Assembly: GCF_963853765.1 (NCBI RefSeq)
Contig: NC_088854.1
Coordinates: 51,212,001-51,276,000, forward strand
Source of the DNA: Magallana gigas
Taxonomy: Eukaryota
DNA: 64,000 nucleotides
Reading direction: 5' to 3'
Under the pieces are notes generated by a model that was not told the DNA's origin, made no database searches, and saw only the letters and a list, made by a program, of their open reading frames with translations. Both the position numbers and the translations under genes were made by a program. Shown one piece after another: positions 20,556 to 32,800 of the stretch. The number at the start of each line of letters is the position of its first letter. Within the stretch, counting starts at the first letter, position 1.

Positions 20556-21521
20556 AGGTGCGTTCAGAGTTCACCAGAATGTTACCAGCGGCAAGTTCGG
20601 TCCCCAATGTCTACAAATGGTTCCCAATGGTAGCAATTGGATACCAATGTTGACCATTGGTGTACTTTCAATTTCAAATGAGGTCACCAGCTTAGGCAAG
20701 TTTGGTAGGTGACGCCATTATGCTAATTCAACATGGCGGGTTGTAAGATGCCTCTAGATACTGATGTAAATAAAGACTTTAGAATACCAGCTTCTATACC
20801 CAGAAACATGTCATTATTATAGAGAATATGTGATAGCGAACCATTTTGATATTCAAGCTTGGACTTTCGGTAGGACGTTACTTTTTCTTGCATCAAATCA
20901 AGTTAAAATGATGCTGATATCGAGCGAAATATGCAAAGATTGCGTAGAAATGGCTTTATACATAAGCCACACAAATCTTGTTGATTTCAAAGATCCATGG
21001 CTGAGTGGCCAGCAAAGAAATAATTGATAGGCCTATGTCACATTGCTGTTTGACACAACTACCCAAAGTCCAAGCTGCTGTTAAAATTGATTGTAATTAA
21101 TATACTTTTTGCTGGCGTTAAATATTTATTATCAATTTTGCAATTAATCTTTACTTTCTTTGTATTAATGATAGCTAGATTGGTAGTCATTTTGTTTACC
21201 TCTTTATATAATTGGGAATAAGAATAATAAATCACTCAGTGAAGCTGTTTTAAAGGGAAACAGTCACACTACTCAGAGGAAAGGTATTTTGTTTTGTTTT
21301 TAACTGTTTTATATGTTTAGATGGTTACAATTGGTAACCAAGTGTAACCAAAGGCTACCATTTGTTTGAGTTTGACAAAAAATCGTTCATGATACTACCT
21401 ATACAAATTGCTACAAATGGCAGCATTTGCTGACCATTGGCTACCATAGTTCACCAGTGGCAACCAAATGCTGCCAGCGGTAAATCTTAATTTCACCAAC
21501 GGTACAACTCTGAACGCACCT
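20556..21521. mobile_element. Non-autonomous TIR DNA transposon (PIF/Harbinger-like)
   Basis: Perfect 16-bp TIR AGGTGCGTTCAGAGTT / AACTCTGAACGCACCT with AGT on both flanks (or TA if the TIR starts at GG). Many subterminal tgg(t/c)(a/t)acca-type repeats. The superfamily call is inference. Confidence 0.75.
20823..21088 (+). mobile_element. MITE family copy 2, nested in the TIR element
   Basis: Aligns by eye with 3212-3420 and with the reverse complement of 42336-42580. Confidence 0.7.
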
Positions 21522-21711
21522 AGTGTTCGCATGATGACGCAAACTCTAAATATAGAATTGCTGTATCCAGCGTAGGACGTCGTTAGGGATAACGTCATCA
21601 CGAAATAGCCATATATACACCGTTGCGTTTTGGTTACCGCGTTAGTTACTGAAATTGATCGGTGGCAATCAGACGTGATTTTACACAGAGCGCAAAAATC
21701 AGAGAATCGCA

Positions 21712-24290
21712 ATGAAAAGAGAGCGATCATCCGAAAGAAAGAGCAAGAACTCGTCAAAGAGGGTAATTGCTCTCAGAATCAAGGGTTTTTTTTCACTTAC
21801 AAGAGCAGTATTATAACCTTTTTAAGTTTTTTTCTGTAACTGATGCGGATGCCATTTGGTCGCCATGATGGATGCCAACTCATCTTTTACTTGTTTTTAA
21901 ACTTTCTTCATATCAAGACTTCCATTTGATATTAATTGATTTGCAATTTCCTTAAATCATAATTTTTAATAAAAAAAAAAGAGAAAATATCTTAAAAGTA
22001 TTTTAAAAGTAAATGCCAAATACATGTAGCTAGCATGTCAATATGATACTATGATACTGATTTTGTCTTATAAGTATAGTTGTGTCATCTTAAAATATAT
22101 TTCAATAAGCTTAGCATGCATGTTTAAATGAATGAAATTATAGTGTTATTAATTACAAAGCTGAAACTATGAAAAATCATAAATTTCAGCACAGCATAAA
22201 TGCCTCGACGTCAGATTATGCAAATGAGTGTCAGTGGTACGATGTGTGGCTGGAACTCCACATCAAGTCTACTGTGAGTACTTCAAAATTGTTCACAGAT
22301 GTATGACCCCCCCCCCCCCCCATACATACAAACACAGTGCATCATAATATCATGTGGGAAACTACACCAATACTATGTACTAAATAGACCCCTGTAATAT
22401 AGAGGGATGGTTGTTTCAACATGTATGTTGTGTGTATCTATTTATAGTTTCGAGTAAATAATGTATGTGTATAATATCTAGCAAAAGATGTACAAATAAT
22501 GATAATTAATTTCTGTTGTTAGACTGTGTCATGAACATTCCTTCTTGTTCTATTTTCCATTCCCCTCTTTCTCTTTCTCTTTCTCTCTCTCGCTCTTTCT
22601 CTCTCAGTGTTTGTTATCCTTTGTGTCTTAAAAACTTGGTCTTAAAATCTCCCCTTCTCTGTCTCTGCATGTTCAATTCTTCCCTTCTCTCTCTGAGTAT
22701 TGTTTTTCTTAAAATCTTATCAAAAACCAAACAATATTTGTTCAAATCATGATCCAAAGGGATAGGGTGGGGCCACAATTGGGGATTAAATTTCAACATA
22801 GGAATAAAAAGAGAAAAAAAATATTTCAAAATCTAATTTTCAAAACCAGTTGGCCAGAAAGAGTGGGGCAATTATTATGGTTTGAATTAAATAAAGGAAA
22901 ATCTTCTCAAAATCTATTTATAACAGAAATGCTTAAAATTGTGTGAAAGCGTGCTCAGGTAGTGTAATACTTAGTGTATAAATACAATTTTGTTCACGTC
23001 AAGATCCCTGGGTAGGTCAGGGCTACATTGGGAGAGGGGGCTGGGGATAGATAAAGGGAGTTAGATATAGATATAAATAAAGGAAAATGGAAAAAAAACA
23101 AAACAAAAAACTTCTCAAAACCATTTGCCCAGAACAACTGAAACTTGTGTGAAAGCATCCTCAGGTAGTGTAAATTTATGCTTGTTCAAATCATAATCCA
23201 TGGAAGAAGTGGGGGCCATAATAGAGGGGTTGATTTTAACATAGGAATAAATTGAGAAAAATAAAAATATAAAGAATATTAATATTGAACATAAAAATAA
23301 GTGAAGAAAGTTTATAAATCTTTTATATAACAAAGATCTTCAAATTTAGATGCTTAAATTTTGTTTTTGATGCCATAAAGCTAATTCAATCAGTAATAGC
23401 TTTTGTAACTCAAGTAAGAGGTGTGGCCCCTGGGCCTCTTGTTTCATTCTCTCTCCTGTTTCATTCTGTCTCTCCTTTTTCACACTCTCACTGTGCGTTG
23501 TGTTCTACAGCAACAGCCATCTTTTGTCTCCTTCCGTCATGCATGGAAAGAGCACATGAATGACTATGTAAGACTTTCTGAGATTTGTGATCATTTCTCA
23601 TGATTGCACAGTCAGTAACAATGAACAATTTTCCTGGATCTATTTCACAACTCAGTACTTGCTGTCACAGTACATCATTAGTATATTATTCAAACTGGCA
23701 TTTGATTCCATTAAATATTGTAAATAATGTACTAACAAATCATATTTTTGTTTATATTCTTTTTTTTATGCAAAAAACTGGGAAATTTGTTTATGTAACA
23801 ATATTCTGGTAATAAATGTACAGATAAATTTTCAATTAAAAATACATAATTATAATTATGTGTTGGTGTGTACGTAGAAATGAAGCAGTCTCTTTTTATT
23901 TTGGTTTATAGTACAAACTGACGAGTGCAATCAACAAGTCGGAAGACAGATGGGAGTTGCCTACAGTCCCGCAACCCACCCACACAGTATGTATAACCGT
24001 TTATACACTCATATTGATATAGTACTGCTTTAATATAGATTTGGAGTTCAATATAGTAAGGTACGTGCTATGTTCTAAAATGAATTATTCTACATTGTGT
24101 TTCTATTAAGTATCCATTGTTTCTCTCTGCCTAACAGATTGAATGGCTGGCACGCACCAATTTCAGATATCGTCCTGTGCACCTCAATGTGCCGCAACAA
24201 AGGAAGCACAATATGCCACAAGAGAGGAAGCACAAGGTTGCTAGGAGACGTTGTGTGCAGCAGCTTGACTCCTCCTTTATCGTGTACTGA
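21712..24290 (+). CDS. Unrecognised 120-aa basic protein, four exons, all phase-0 introns
   Basis: Exons 21712-21762, 22190-22273, 23912-23986 and 24138-24290 with canonical GT/AG sites give the open frame MKRERSSERKSKNSSKR-HSINASTSDYANECQWYDVWLELHIKST-YKLTSAINKSEDRWELPTVPQPTHT-IEWLARTNFRYRPVHLNVPQQRKHNMPQERKHKVARRRCVQQLDSSFIVY*. A further intron (about 24306-24560) lies in the 3' UTR. Confidence 0.65.
22690..23443 (+). mobile_element. Degenerate Helentron-like (HINE) remnant with decayed ~170-bp monomers
   Basis: Ends gtgtggcccctgggcctcttgttt, like the end of the 26272-28915 element. Internal ttgttcaaatcat..gggg..aacatagg units. Confidence 0.55.
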
Positions 24291-26271
24291 AGGAGCAACT
24301 CTTGTGTAAGTACAGACGTACCAAAGCTTTTTTGTTTGTTTGTCTTACTCCATAACCTTGATTAATCAAATCAAATGTCAAGGTTACTCAAAAAATGTTA
24401 AAAATGGTCAAACAGCGCAGGAAGTTTAAAGTAATTATTGAAGCCAAGTCAATGGGAATAGGGTATTTGTCTTGAGCATTGAGAGCTGTGTTATGGGTAT
24501 TTTTTAGATATAAAATTTTTGCTAATTTTTCTTATCTTGCCATTCTATTTATCTTTTCAGCTTAAAAACTGTACTTGTGTTAAGACATTGTTGTGTCTGG
24601 GGAGTGTGCTAGACTGCTGTGATCTTGTGAACTGCCCTTGTATGAGAAAAAGAGTCAAGGAGACTTCTTAATGTGAGGAAATTCACAGACTTTTAGGTCT
24701 GTGAATTTATTGGTACAAGACAGACAATTCACAAAGCAGCAAATCAAGACTAGTCAGTTAGTGACAGCTAGTGTGAATGCCAAGAACAAGTTTACTACAA
24801 AAGAAGACAATTGGTTTATATATACCATTCACATTTGTGCATGTGTACTAGCTTGCGTGGACATTGAGGGCTTATAAGAAACAGTGATGATCAAAAGACT
24901 CTGTACCACTGTACTTCGTCGCTTGTCAGTTGTTTTAACGCCGAAAAATCTTCTGAATTTAGAAGAGAATGTGTGATGCATAGGATATAGTACAACATTG
25001 CCTGCAGAACCAGAGTATAACACTGTATATTGTATATACACATGTAAATAGTTTATTCTGTCCTGTGGACAGTTATGATGTACATACAACTGTAATATGT
25101 ATATTATATATACCCTATTATTGTAAATAGATAGAATTTAAGTCCGTCATATTGACCGTTATTGTATATATAGTGTGAAAGGTTTAGGCCTCAATAGAAC
25201 TCCTGTAGGTTAGTTTTTATACTAATTAATGTAGTTGTCTACCGTATATCGAATATCAATTGTATATATTGTGAGGGCATTATGAGAATTTGGGTAAGGA
25301 AGTGGATTTTTTTGTTTTGTTTATTGGTTTTTTTTTGTTTTGTATTTTTTTTTTGGGGGGGGGGGGGGGGGTTAGTTTTATATTCCACTAGTGTGCTGGT
25401 AGTACTTAAAAACATCATAAGATGCTGGATTAAAGGAGTTGGGGGTGGTTTGGTTTAACTTTATATTGATACTCTGGTAGTATGTTTTGTGTACAGGTAT
25501 ATTCTGCTTGTGTATACTAGATATACCTGGTAGCTGGCCTGAATTAAACAGTTATAAATCAACAAAGCTTCCTTTGTAGTTTCTGTTATTGAATGATTTA
25601 ATTAGTTTTAATTTTTGACATTTTATGGTTCACTCTTCGTTGATTCCAATACTATTAACTTTTTCCAACATATTTTACACAATACATGGAACATATACTA
25701 AAAGTTGCATGTAAAAAGAGGGGGTAGGGGGTGGTAGTACTGTAGGAATGTTCAGATGTAATTTTTGTCAATGAACTCTTTTGGCTGGCCAAAGGCTGTG
25801 TATTTAGTTAATTTTTTGTTTTGAGCGTGGATGATTTGTATGAAATAAAAAAGATGAATTTACCTGAGTATTTTGAAATTTTTTATTGAATGGTACTTAA
25901 AAAACGAATTGCTTGTAAAAAGAAAACTCTCCAGTTAATTTTTTTTCTTTTTTGCAAATTTTTATTTTGTTTGTAACATTATCATAGGCCATTCCTGCTA
26001 TCGGTATTTAGTCTACATACATTAAGATTATTGATAATTTTTTTTTTTTTTTTTTTTTTTTTAACATATAATTAGTACGACCCAAAATTGTTAAAAAAGG
26101 ACTGCTGACTTTGAATGGGATTGGATCTCATCCTTTCATTAAATTATAAGATACCAGGTAATTATTGCATGTGGCCTTCTCTTTGATTTAAACAGGTACA
26201 AGAGCAAAAGAATAACTGAAATTTTTATACTAATGTGGAGTATCAGAAGAAATTTGTATTAATTGTTGATC

Positions 26272-28880
26272 TTTTTTAGCTCACCTGAACCGAAGGTTCA
26301 AGTGAGCTTTTCTGATCACCCGTTGTCCGTCGTCCGTCCGTCCGTCCGTCCGTCTGTCTGTCCGTCCGTCCGTCTGTAAACTTTTCACATTTTCAACTTC
26401 TTCTCAAAAACCACTGGGCCAAATTTAACCAAATTTGGTACAAAGCATCCTTATGAAAAGGGGGTTATAAATTGTTGAAATAAAGGGCACAGCCCTTTTC
26501 AAAAGGGAGATAATTGCGAAACAGTAAGTTTAGGGTGCATGTCTTTAAAAATCTTCTTCTCAAGAACCACGGCACCAGAAATGCCAATATTTACACAAAA
26601 GCTTGTATATATAGTGAAGATTCTAAATTGTAAAAATCGTGACCCTCGGACCAAAACTGGGGCCCCAGGCGGGGTTCAAAGTTTAACATAGAAATACATA
26701 GGAAAATGTTTAAAAAATCTTCTTCTCAAGAACCACTGCACCAGAAATGCCAATATTTACACAAAAGCTTTTATATATAGTGAAGATTCTAAATTGTAAA
26801 AATCGTGACCCTCGGACCAAAACTGGGGCCCCAGGCGGGGTTCAAAGTTTAACATAGAACAACATATGGAAAATGTTCAAAAAATCTTCTTCTCAAGAAC
26901 CACTGCACCAGAAATGCCAATATTTACACAAAAGCTTGTATATATAGTGAAGATTCTAAATTGTAATAATCGTGACCCTCGGACCAAAACTGGGGCCCCA
27001 GGCGGGGTTCAAAGTTTAACATAGAAATACATAGGAAATTTTTTTAAAAATCTTCTTCTCAAGAACCACTGCACCAGAAATGCCAATATTTACACAAAAG
27101 CTTGTATACATAGTGAAGATTCTAAATTGTAAAAATCGTGACCCTCGGACCAAAACTGGGGCCCCAGGCGGGGTTCAAAGTTTAACATAGAAATACATAG
27201 GAAAATGTTTAAAAATCGTCTTCTCAAGAACCACTGCACCAGAAATGCCAATATTTACACAAAAGCTTGTATATATAGTGAAGATTTTAAATTGTAAAAA
27301 TCGTGACCCTCGGACCAAGACTGGGGCCCCAGGCGGGGTTCAAAGTTTAACATAGAAATACCTTAGGAAATTGTTTAAAAAATCTTCTTCTCAAGAACCA
27401 CTGCACCAGAAATGCCAATATTTACACAAAAGCTTGTATGTATAATGAAGATTCTAAATTGTAGAAATCGTGACCCTCGGACCAAGACTGGGGCCCCAGG
27501 CGGGGTTCAAAGTTTAACATAGAACTACATATGAAAAATGTTTAAAAATTTTCTTCTCAAGAACCACTTCACCAAAAATGCCAATACATACATAAAAGGT
27601 TGTATACATAGTGAAGATTGTAAAAATCGTGACCCCCGAACAAAAAGTGGGGCCCCAGTAGGGGTTTAGATTTTAACATATGTAGGAAAATGTTTTAAAA
27701 TCTTCTTCTCAAGAACTATAGTGCAACTGTTTGGGATATTACTATGCATACATGTACATCCTTAAATAATGTAGATTCAAAAAATTGTAACTCCCGGACA
27801 ATTGATGGGCACCAAGAGGGGTTCAAAATTTAAACATTTTAAAAAACATAAAGGAAAGGTTTAAAAAAATTTTTCTCAAGAACTACAATGTTTTAGTTTG
27901 TGGAATTTCTATGCATGCATCCTTCGCTTATGTAGATTCCTAATTGGTAAAATCGTGACCCCCGGACCAATACTGGGGCCCCAAGATGGGGTCAAAATTT
28001 ATTAAAGAAATATAAAGGTAACATGTTAAAAAATCTTCTTCTCGAGAACTACAATGCTTCAATTTGTGAGATTACTATCATGCATACAACCTTGGATAAT
28101 GAAGGTTCGACAGTTTTAAAATAGTGACCCCTGGACTAATACTAGAGACCCAAGATGGGTTTAAAGTTAAATGTAGAAGTACCGGTATATATGGAAAATG
28201 TTTTAAAATCTTCTTTTCGAGAACTACAATGCATCAATTTGTCAGATAACTACGTCAGCACCCTCAAATAGTGTAGATTCGAAATTATAAAAGCCGTGAT
28301 CTCAATCTAATACTGGGGCCCCAGGAGGTGTTCAAAGTTTAGCATAGAAATATAGAGGGAAAATGTTGAAAAATCTTTTTCTAGGGAACTATAATGCTTC
28401 AGCTTGTGAGATAACTAGGCAAGCATCCTTAAATAATGTAGATTCCAAATAATTAAAACTTTAGCACTGGACTAATACTGTGGCCCCAAGAGGGGTTCAA
28501 AGTTTAACATAGAAAGATATATTGAAAATGTTTTTAAAAAGTTTTTCTCGAGAACTATCATGCTACAGTTTGTGAGATTACTATGCAAGGATCCTCAAAT
28601 TGTGTAAACTCTAATGTAGTGGAACCAAGAGTTATCTTTCTTGTGTTCTGTACAGTCTGAGAGTTATTCCTCTTGAAGTGGAACTCTGCTATGTTCAGTT
28701 TTTCAGGTTGTGTACGTGCGGTCCCACCGCAGTGCTTCACATTTTCATTCCTATGTTACTATTTATGTTGTTCAAGCCAACCATAAACCTCGGACCATAA
28801 CTGGGTCCCCAGAAACGGGTTCAATGTTTAAAATAGAAAAAGCATATGCTACGAAATGTAATGTTACAAGGAACTGCTGT

Positions 28881-28915
<35 letters not shown>
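26272..28915 (+). mobile_element. Non-autonomous Helentron-like (HINE) element carrying a ~166-167-bp satellite array (~12 monomers)
   Basis: 5' end tttttagctcacctgaaccgaaggttcaagtgagc, then a (GTCC)n microsatellite. The unit aaatcttcttctcaagaaccactgcaccag..aagctt..ggggccccaggcggggttcaaagtttaacatag recurs at about 26549, 26716, 26883, 27049, 27215, 27381 and 27547. 3' subTIR caggtgagc plus stem-loop ggcccatgggcc-tcttgttt. The monomer contains a HindIII site, matching the known oyster ~166-bp satellite type. Confidence 0.88.
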
Positions 28916-28917
<2 letters not shown>

Positions 28918-29829
28918 GAAATACTATGGTTTATTTTCTGTACACCGTTATGTTTCCTCGATTGTCACCTGCACACATAACATAATGGCTAATAACTTCA
29001 TAATAATGCAAGTACTGAAGAAAGTTTTCATCAGTACCATCCGTTTTAGATTTAAAAGTTTTGTACATGTAATAACAAGACAATTGAGACTTCAAAAGTT
29101 GAATTACAACTTTTAATCTCTAAATAATGACCTAGTTATCAAGTCGTAATAAGGATTTTTCATCTTGTGTATGCCATCTATAAGTTATTATAACAACTTT
29201 TATCTTGTACCTGTACTATTGTACAATAGCAATATTTAAAAGTTGCAATAATGTCTTTCCATCATGTAATAACTTTTTATGTGAAAAGCATAAACAATGA
29301 AGTAGACAATAGACAAGTAATGTTAATAAATAAGTTTAATATGAGTAAGTGGTATAAAATATAAGAGGTAATAAAACGGTATCACACTTCATATCACAGA
29401 ATGTAAAAAAATCACAAAAATATCACAAAAAGGTTTATTAATTATTAAAGCCATTTCATTGATCCAAATGTTTGATCATCTAAATGATTTACATTTAGTT
29501 GTCATTGCACAAAGTTTGTCATTCGATCAGCAGATATATATATTTATATCTATATATATATTGTGCTTTCTGAATTGAAAAATACTTATCATTGTATCAT
29601 TTGATGACACATCATTATGGGTTTAAAAAAGATACCCCACTTCTTTCCTACATCCCTGCATCTAGAAATTGTATACTGATAAGCAGGAACATTTTTGTTG
29701 TTTATGCTTTAGTTCCATTCCTCGTGTATCCTATAAACTGGCTGTCAATTTTATGTTGTACCAAAAAATCCAGGTAATTTCCAGGGACCCTCCACTGTTT
29801 GGTTGGTAATTGGTTAGTCTGAAGGCTTC

Positions 29830-32800
29830 TTAGACGTCTTCCTGGAACAGCTTTACACACATCACCCCCTGTCTGCCATCTTGTACGTACAGGTACCAGC
29901 CCTGGTGTCCACAGCTAGGGTACGTGTGGGTAACTTCGTCATCCCCGTCCAAGTACACCACACAGAGAGAGGAGTGGGACCGCGAGAGGAAGGGAAGCAC
30001 CCCTCGTAGCTGACCACTGTAGCTGTACTGGAACAGGTGCTCTCTGTAGCCGGGCACTTTGTGGTTCAAGGAATGCTGACTCCAGCTCACCAGAAAGCCA
30101 ACTGTAATGGCAAAGTAACTTTTTCTGTGTACCCGTGGATTTTAACATTGATCAAACTTTTGTCTTTTTTCGTAATTACTCATAATTACCCCGATCCCTT
30201 ATGTATGTACACCACAAAAAGAATATACTGTGGAATAATTTTCATTAATGAAGTTCAATCTTCAGGGACAGCCAAATTTTTCTTGGTTCCTGGGGACGTG
30301 ATTTCATTGGTAGCAAGTTCAGATTTAAATATTAATTTTAATAAGTATTGCACAAATGCTTGAATATACATTTGTACATTTGTAGGGATGTAAATTCATG
30401 GACAAGGGCTATCCACAAAAGCCATGAACATTGGTCCCCAAATAAAAATGATGATTCCACAGCGTAAAATCTGGACTGGTATTGTACATGTTTGCTACTG
30501 GAAACTTTTTCAAATGCCAAAAATTACTTGAGCACATAAATTTGTTACAGATTTTTTCCATTTTTCCAAATACGGTGACACACAAAAGCCCCTAATACTT
30601 GTACCGGTACATGGAATTTTAAAAGTGTTACCAATTTATAGGCTTAAAATAATGTACAAGTTCTCATTACTTTTACCTTACACTGTATTAACTGTTGGTT
30701 TTTGTTTTTGTAAGCTTTTTTATCAATAAAATGTTGTTTTAAAATATGTAACCTACCTGATTTATGAAGGAATTTCACTTTGGTTGGAAAACCGGGCAGT
30801 TCTATGACTTTTGTCAGGAGGACCTCTCTTATACAACTAAGAAGAGTGAGAGCAGTGAAAATGAAATGAAAAAACAACACCACAATAATTATAAGGTTAT
30901 TCAAGATTTCTGACTCTTCGTCTTACCTGTCTTGTGGGTTTTGAATTGTGAAAAGAACCAGAATGTTATCAACAGAAAAGGCTCCTATCATCTCTCCCGT
31001 GTCTTCTGATAAGACTTCCACATGCTCAAAATTCCCATTTAATTGCTCTCCATTTTCACTAATCTTAAATGGAACAAAACTGAAACAAAAGCAAGATAAG
31101 TAAATTACAGCAAGTGACATTATAAAGTATTATTTCAGTAATTCACCAATAAATTATTTCTAAGAATAAATCAAAATTAACGTATAATATTCGTAATTTT
31201 CTTATTTTTGAGTGTCAGCAAAATGCCACAAATTTCTGAAATAGGGAATGTTAAGCATACATGTATGTGAAAATCAATCTGTGTAGAAAGTATTGCACAT
31301 GTACATATTAGAAGTTAAGAAATATATATGGTACCGTATATCTTACTACAAAGTTAGTGAATAAATACAGTTCTGTGCACTTAAACAGACTAATTAGTAC
31401 CAATCTGATAATTCTGACAGCCAGAAATACACAATGACAGAATGAGATAGTACCTTTGTTGAAGTGATCCATCTAATCGAATCTGCATTGGTTTTAGGTG
31501 ACAGAGACTCTGTCGTCCATCTGCAAACTTGATTCCAAACTCATTCTTCAGAATCACTATGTCCAATAGAGCTCCAACCATACTGCATTCTAGGAAGTCA
31601 TCAGAATATCTTGTAAGCCCATTGTTTATCTCCATAAGACCCAACCTTCAAATGAGCGAATAAGCTTTATCTTTATGTATCATAACAATCATTCATTTCA
31701 ACAATTAACAATCTCCGATCCAGCCATTTGCAATAACTCTGAATTGTCCGGATTTTATTTATTTGTACCATTAATCTGCCTTTTTGATCAGTCTTTTAGT
31801 GTTAATATTGCTATCACTGATTCAACATAATGCTTGGCTTAGTGCGTAGATGGAGATCTAAAGTCACTATATATAGGTAAAGGGGCGGGGCGTATCACTG
31901 ACACGCTAGTACAAGTTAACTTGTATAATTATTTCAGTATATCCATAGTGGGTAAATTGCAATACATGTATCTTTATAAATTGCATGGATATCATCAATA
32001 AATTTCTTTTCTTCATTTCATTTATAGAGTTTGAAGGACGAATAACATTTTTATGATGAAAAAATAGTTTGAGGTTTAAAGTCGAAGAACCTGATATATA
32101 TGAGTAGAGGAACATGAACATACACATCAGGTGTACCAACATGTACCGTATCTTTTTGTTGCATCTCTTTTAAATTAGTAAAAATCATACTATAATATCA
32201 TCTCTTGGAAAATCAGAGTTATTCAAATAGAAATGCATTCATTTAAGAACCTTCAAGTTTCATAAAATAGTAATAAAAATAAAAACTACAGTACCTTTTT
32301 TGTTTGAAGAAAATGAGGTTGTCTCCAATAAGTGTCATCGTGTGAAATGGAACATTTACACCTAAGAAAATTTCCTGCATTTCTTTCCCTTTACTGTCAA
32401 AAATTGTCATTTTGCTAAAAAGAAAAAAAAACCATGTGTACATAAAAAATACTTCACATTTTGTTTTTTTATTTTTTCAAAACCAGCCAATTGAAAGATA
32501 TAATTGATTTACTGCACATTCACCATGAGCAAATCAGCACTAAATTGAGGGGATAATTACATACAGTATACATGTACATCAAACAACTGAACACCAAACA
32601 ACTTTTTACTACCTCTGAGGAAAATAGCAAGTTAATAATGTATTGCAGTACATTTCATTAAGCAAACTGCCCATGCTAAGGTATTCAGCAATAAATGAAT
32701 CAAGATCAAGTTCCTAAAAATAACACAAAAAGTTCTTAAAAATTCAAAGTTTAAATTTGACAAATTTCCAGAAAAATAAAGGAATCAAAATTTCGCATCA

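Noticed and set aside
21630-21839. ORF MVTALVTEIDRW.. as a gene start
   Set aside because: It starts at a non-ATG codon. The ATG at 21712 in another frame splices cleanly to the downstream exons.
26545-28560. Regularly spaced repeats suggestive of a CRISPR array
   Set aside because: Whole ~167-bp units repeat with no unique spacers, there are no cas genes, and the context is a eukaryotic HINE-borne satellite.
28558-28985. Short ORFs at the HINE right end
   Set aside because: They lie in satellite and terminal repeat sequence, with no transposase or Rep/helicase motifs. No autonomous TE coding sequence was found anywhere in the window.
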